Assembly: GCF_000008565.1 (NCBI RefSeq)
Contig: NC_000959.1
Coordinates: forward strand, 598 to 7,798
Source: Deinococcus radiodurans R1 = ATCC 13939 = DSM 20539
GTDB lineage: Bacteria; Deinococcota; Deinococci; Deinococcales; Deinococcaceae
Length of the DNA stretch: 7,201 bases
Reading direction: 5' to 3'
Position 1 is the first letter of the stretch, and every line of letters begins with the position of its first letter. A program made the translations under genes and the position numbers. The notes beneath the pieces are model-generated. The model was not told the origin of the DNA and did not search any database. It saw only the letters and a list, made by a program, of their open reading frames with translations. Below, piece by piece: positions 7,200-7,201 of this stretch.

Positions 7200-7201
7200 A
7201 G

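Overview
This 7.2-kb window is a mosaic accessory segment that looks like a mobile or defence island, made of five modules. (1) 128-2204 (+): two overlapping, apparently translationally coupled genes that together encode a split PEP-utilising dikinase. The first gene has an unrecognised ~300-aa region fused to a phospho-histidine swivel domain. The second is a stand-alone PPDK_N/ATP-grasp domain. This reverses the canonical single-chain domain order, and the ORF1 frame is open to the left window edge. (2) 2397-3460: a 1064-bp IS630-family insertion sequence with 25-bp imperfect terminal inverted repeats and TA flanks. It has an A9 slippery run between the HTH and DDE parts and an extra 1-nt frame break in the HTH part, so it is probably a defective copy. 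(3) 3464-4165: about 700 bp of lower-GC DNA with no convincing gene. (4) 4166-4723 (-): a small serine recombinase of the Tn3/gamma-delta resolvase type, preceded by a res-like array of six TGTCG half-sites arranged as three inverted pairs (4738-4866). (5) 4874-7201 (-): the 3' part of a Qat anti-phage operon, with a partial qatB-position gene, QueC-like QatC and TatD-like QatD joined by ATGA start/stop overlaps. qatA would lie beyond the right edge. The Qat operon ends 7 bp from the putative res crossover site. The two things most worth following up are the split, order-permuted dikinase pair (acceptor substrate unknown) and the Qat operon abutting res. I saw no rRNA, tRNA or CRISPR array. 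All homology statements come from motif recognition by eye, not from database searches.
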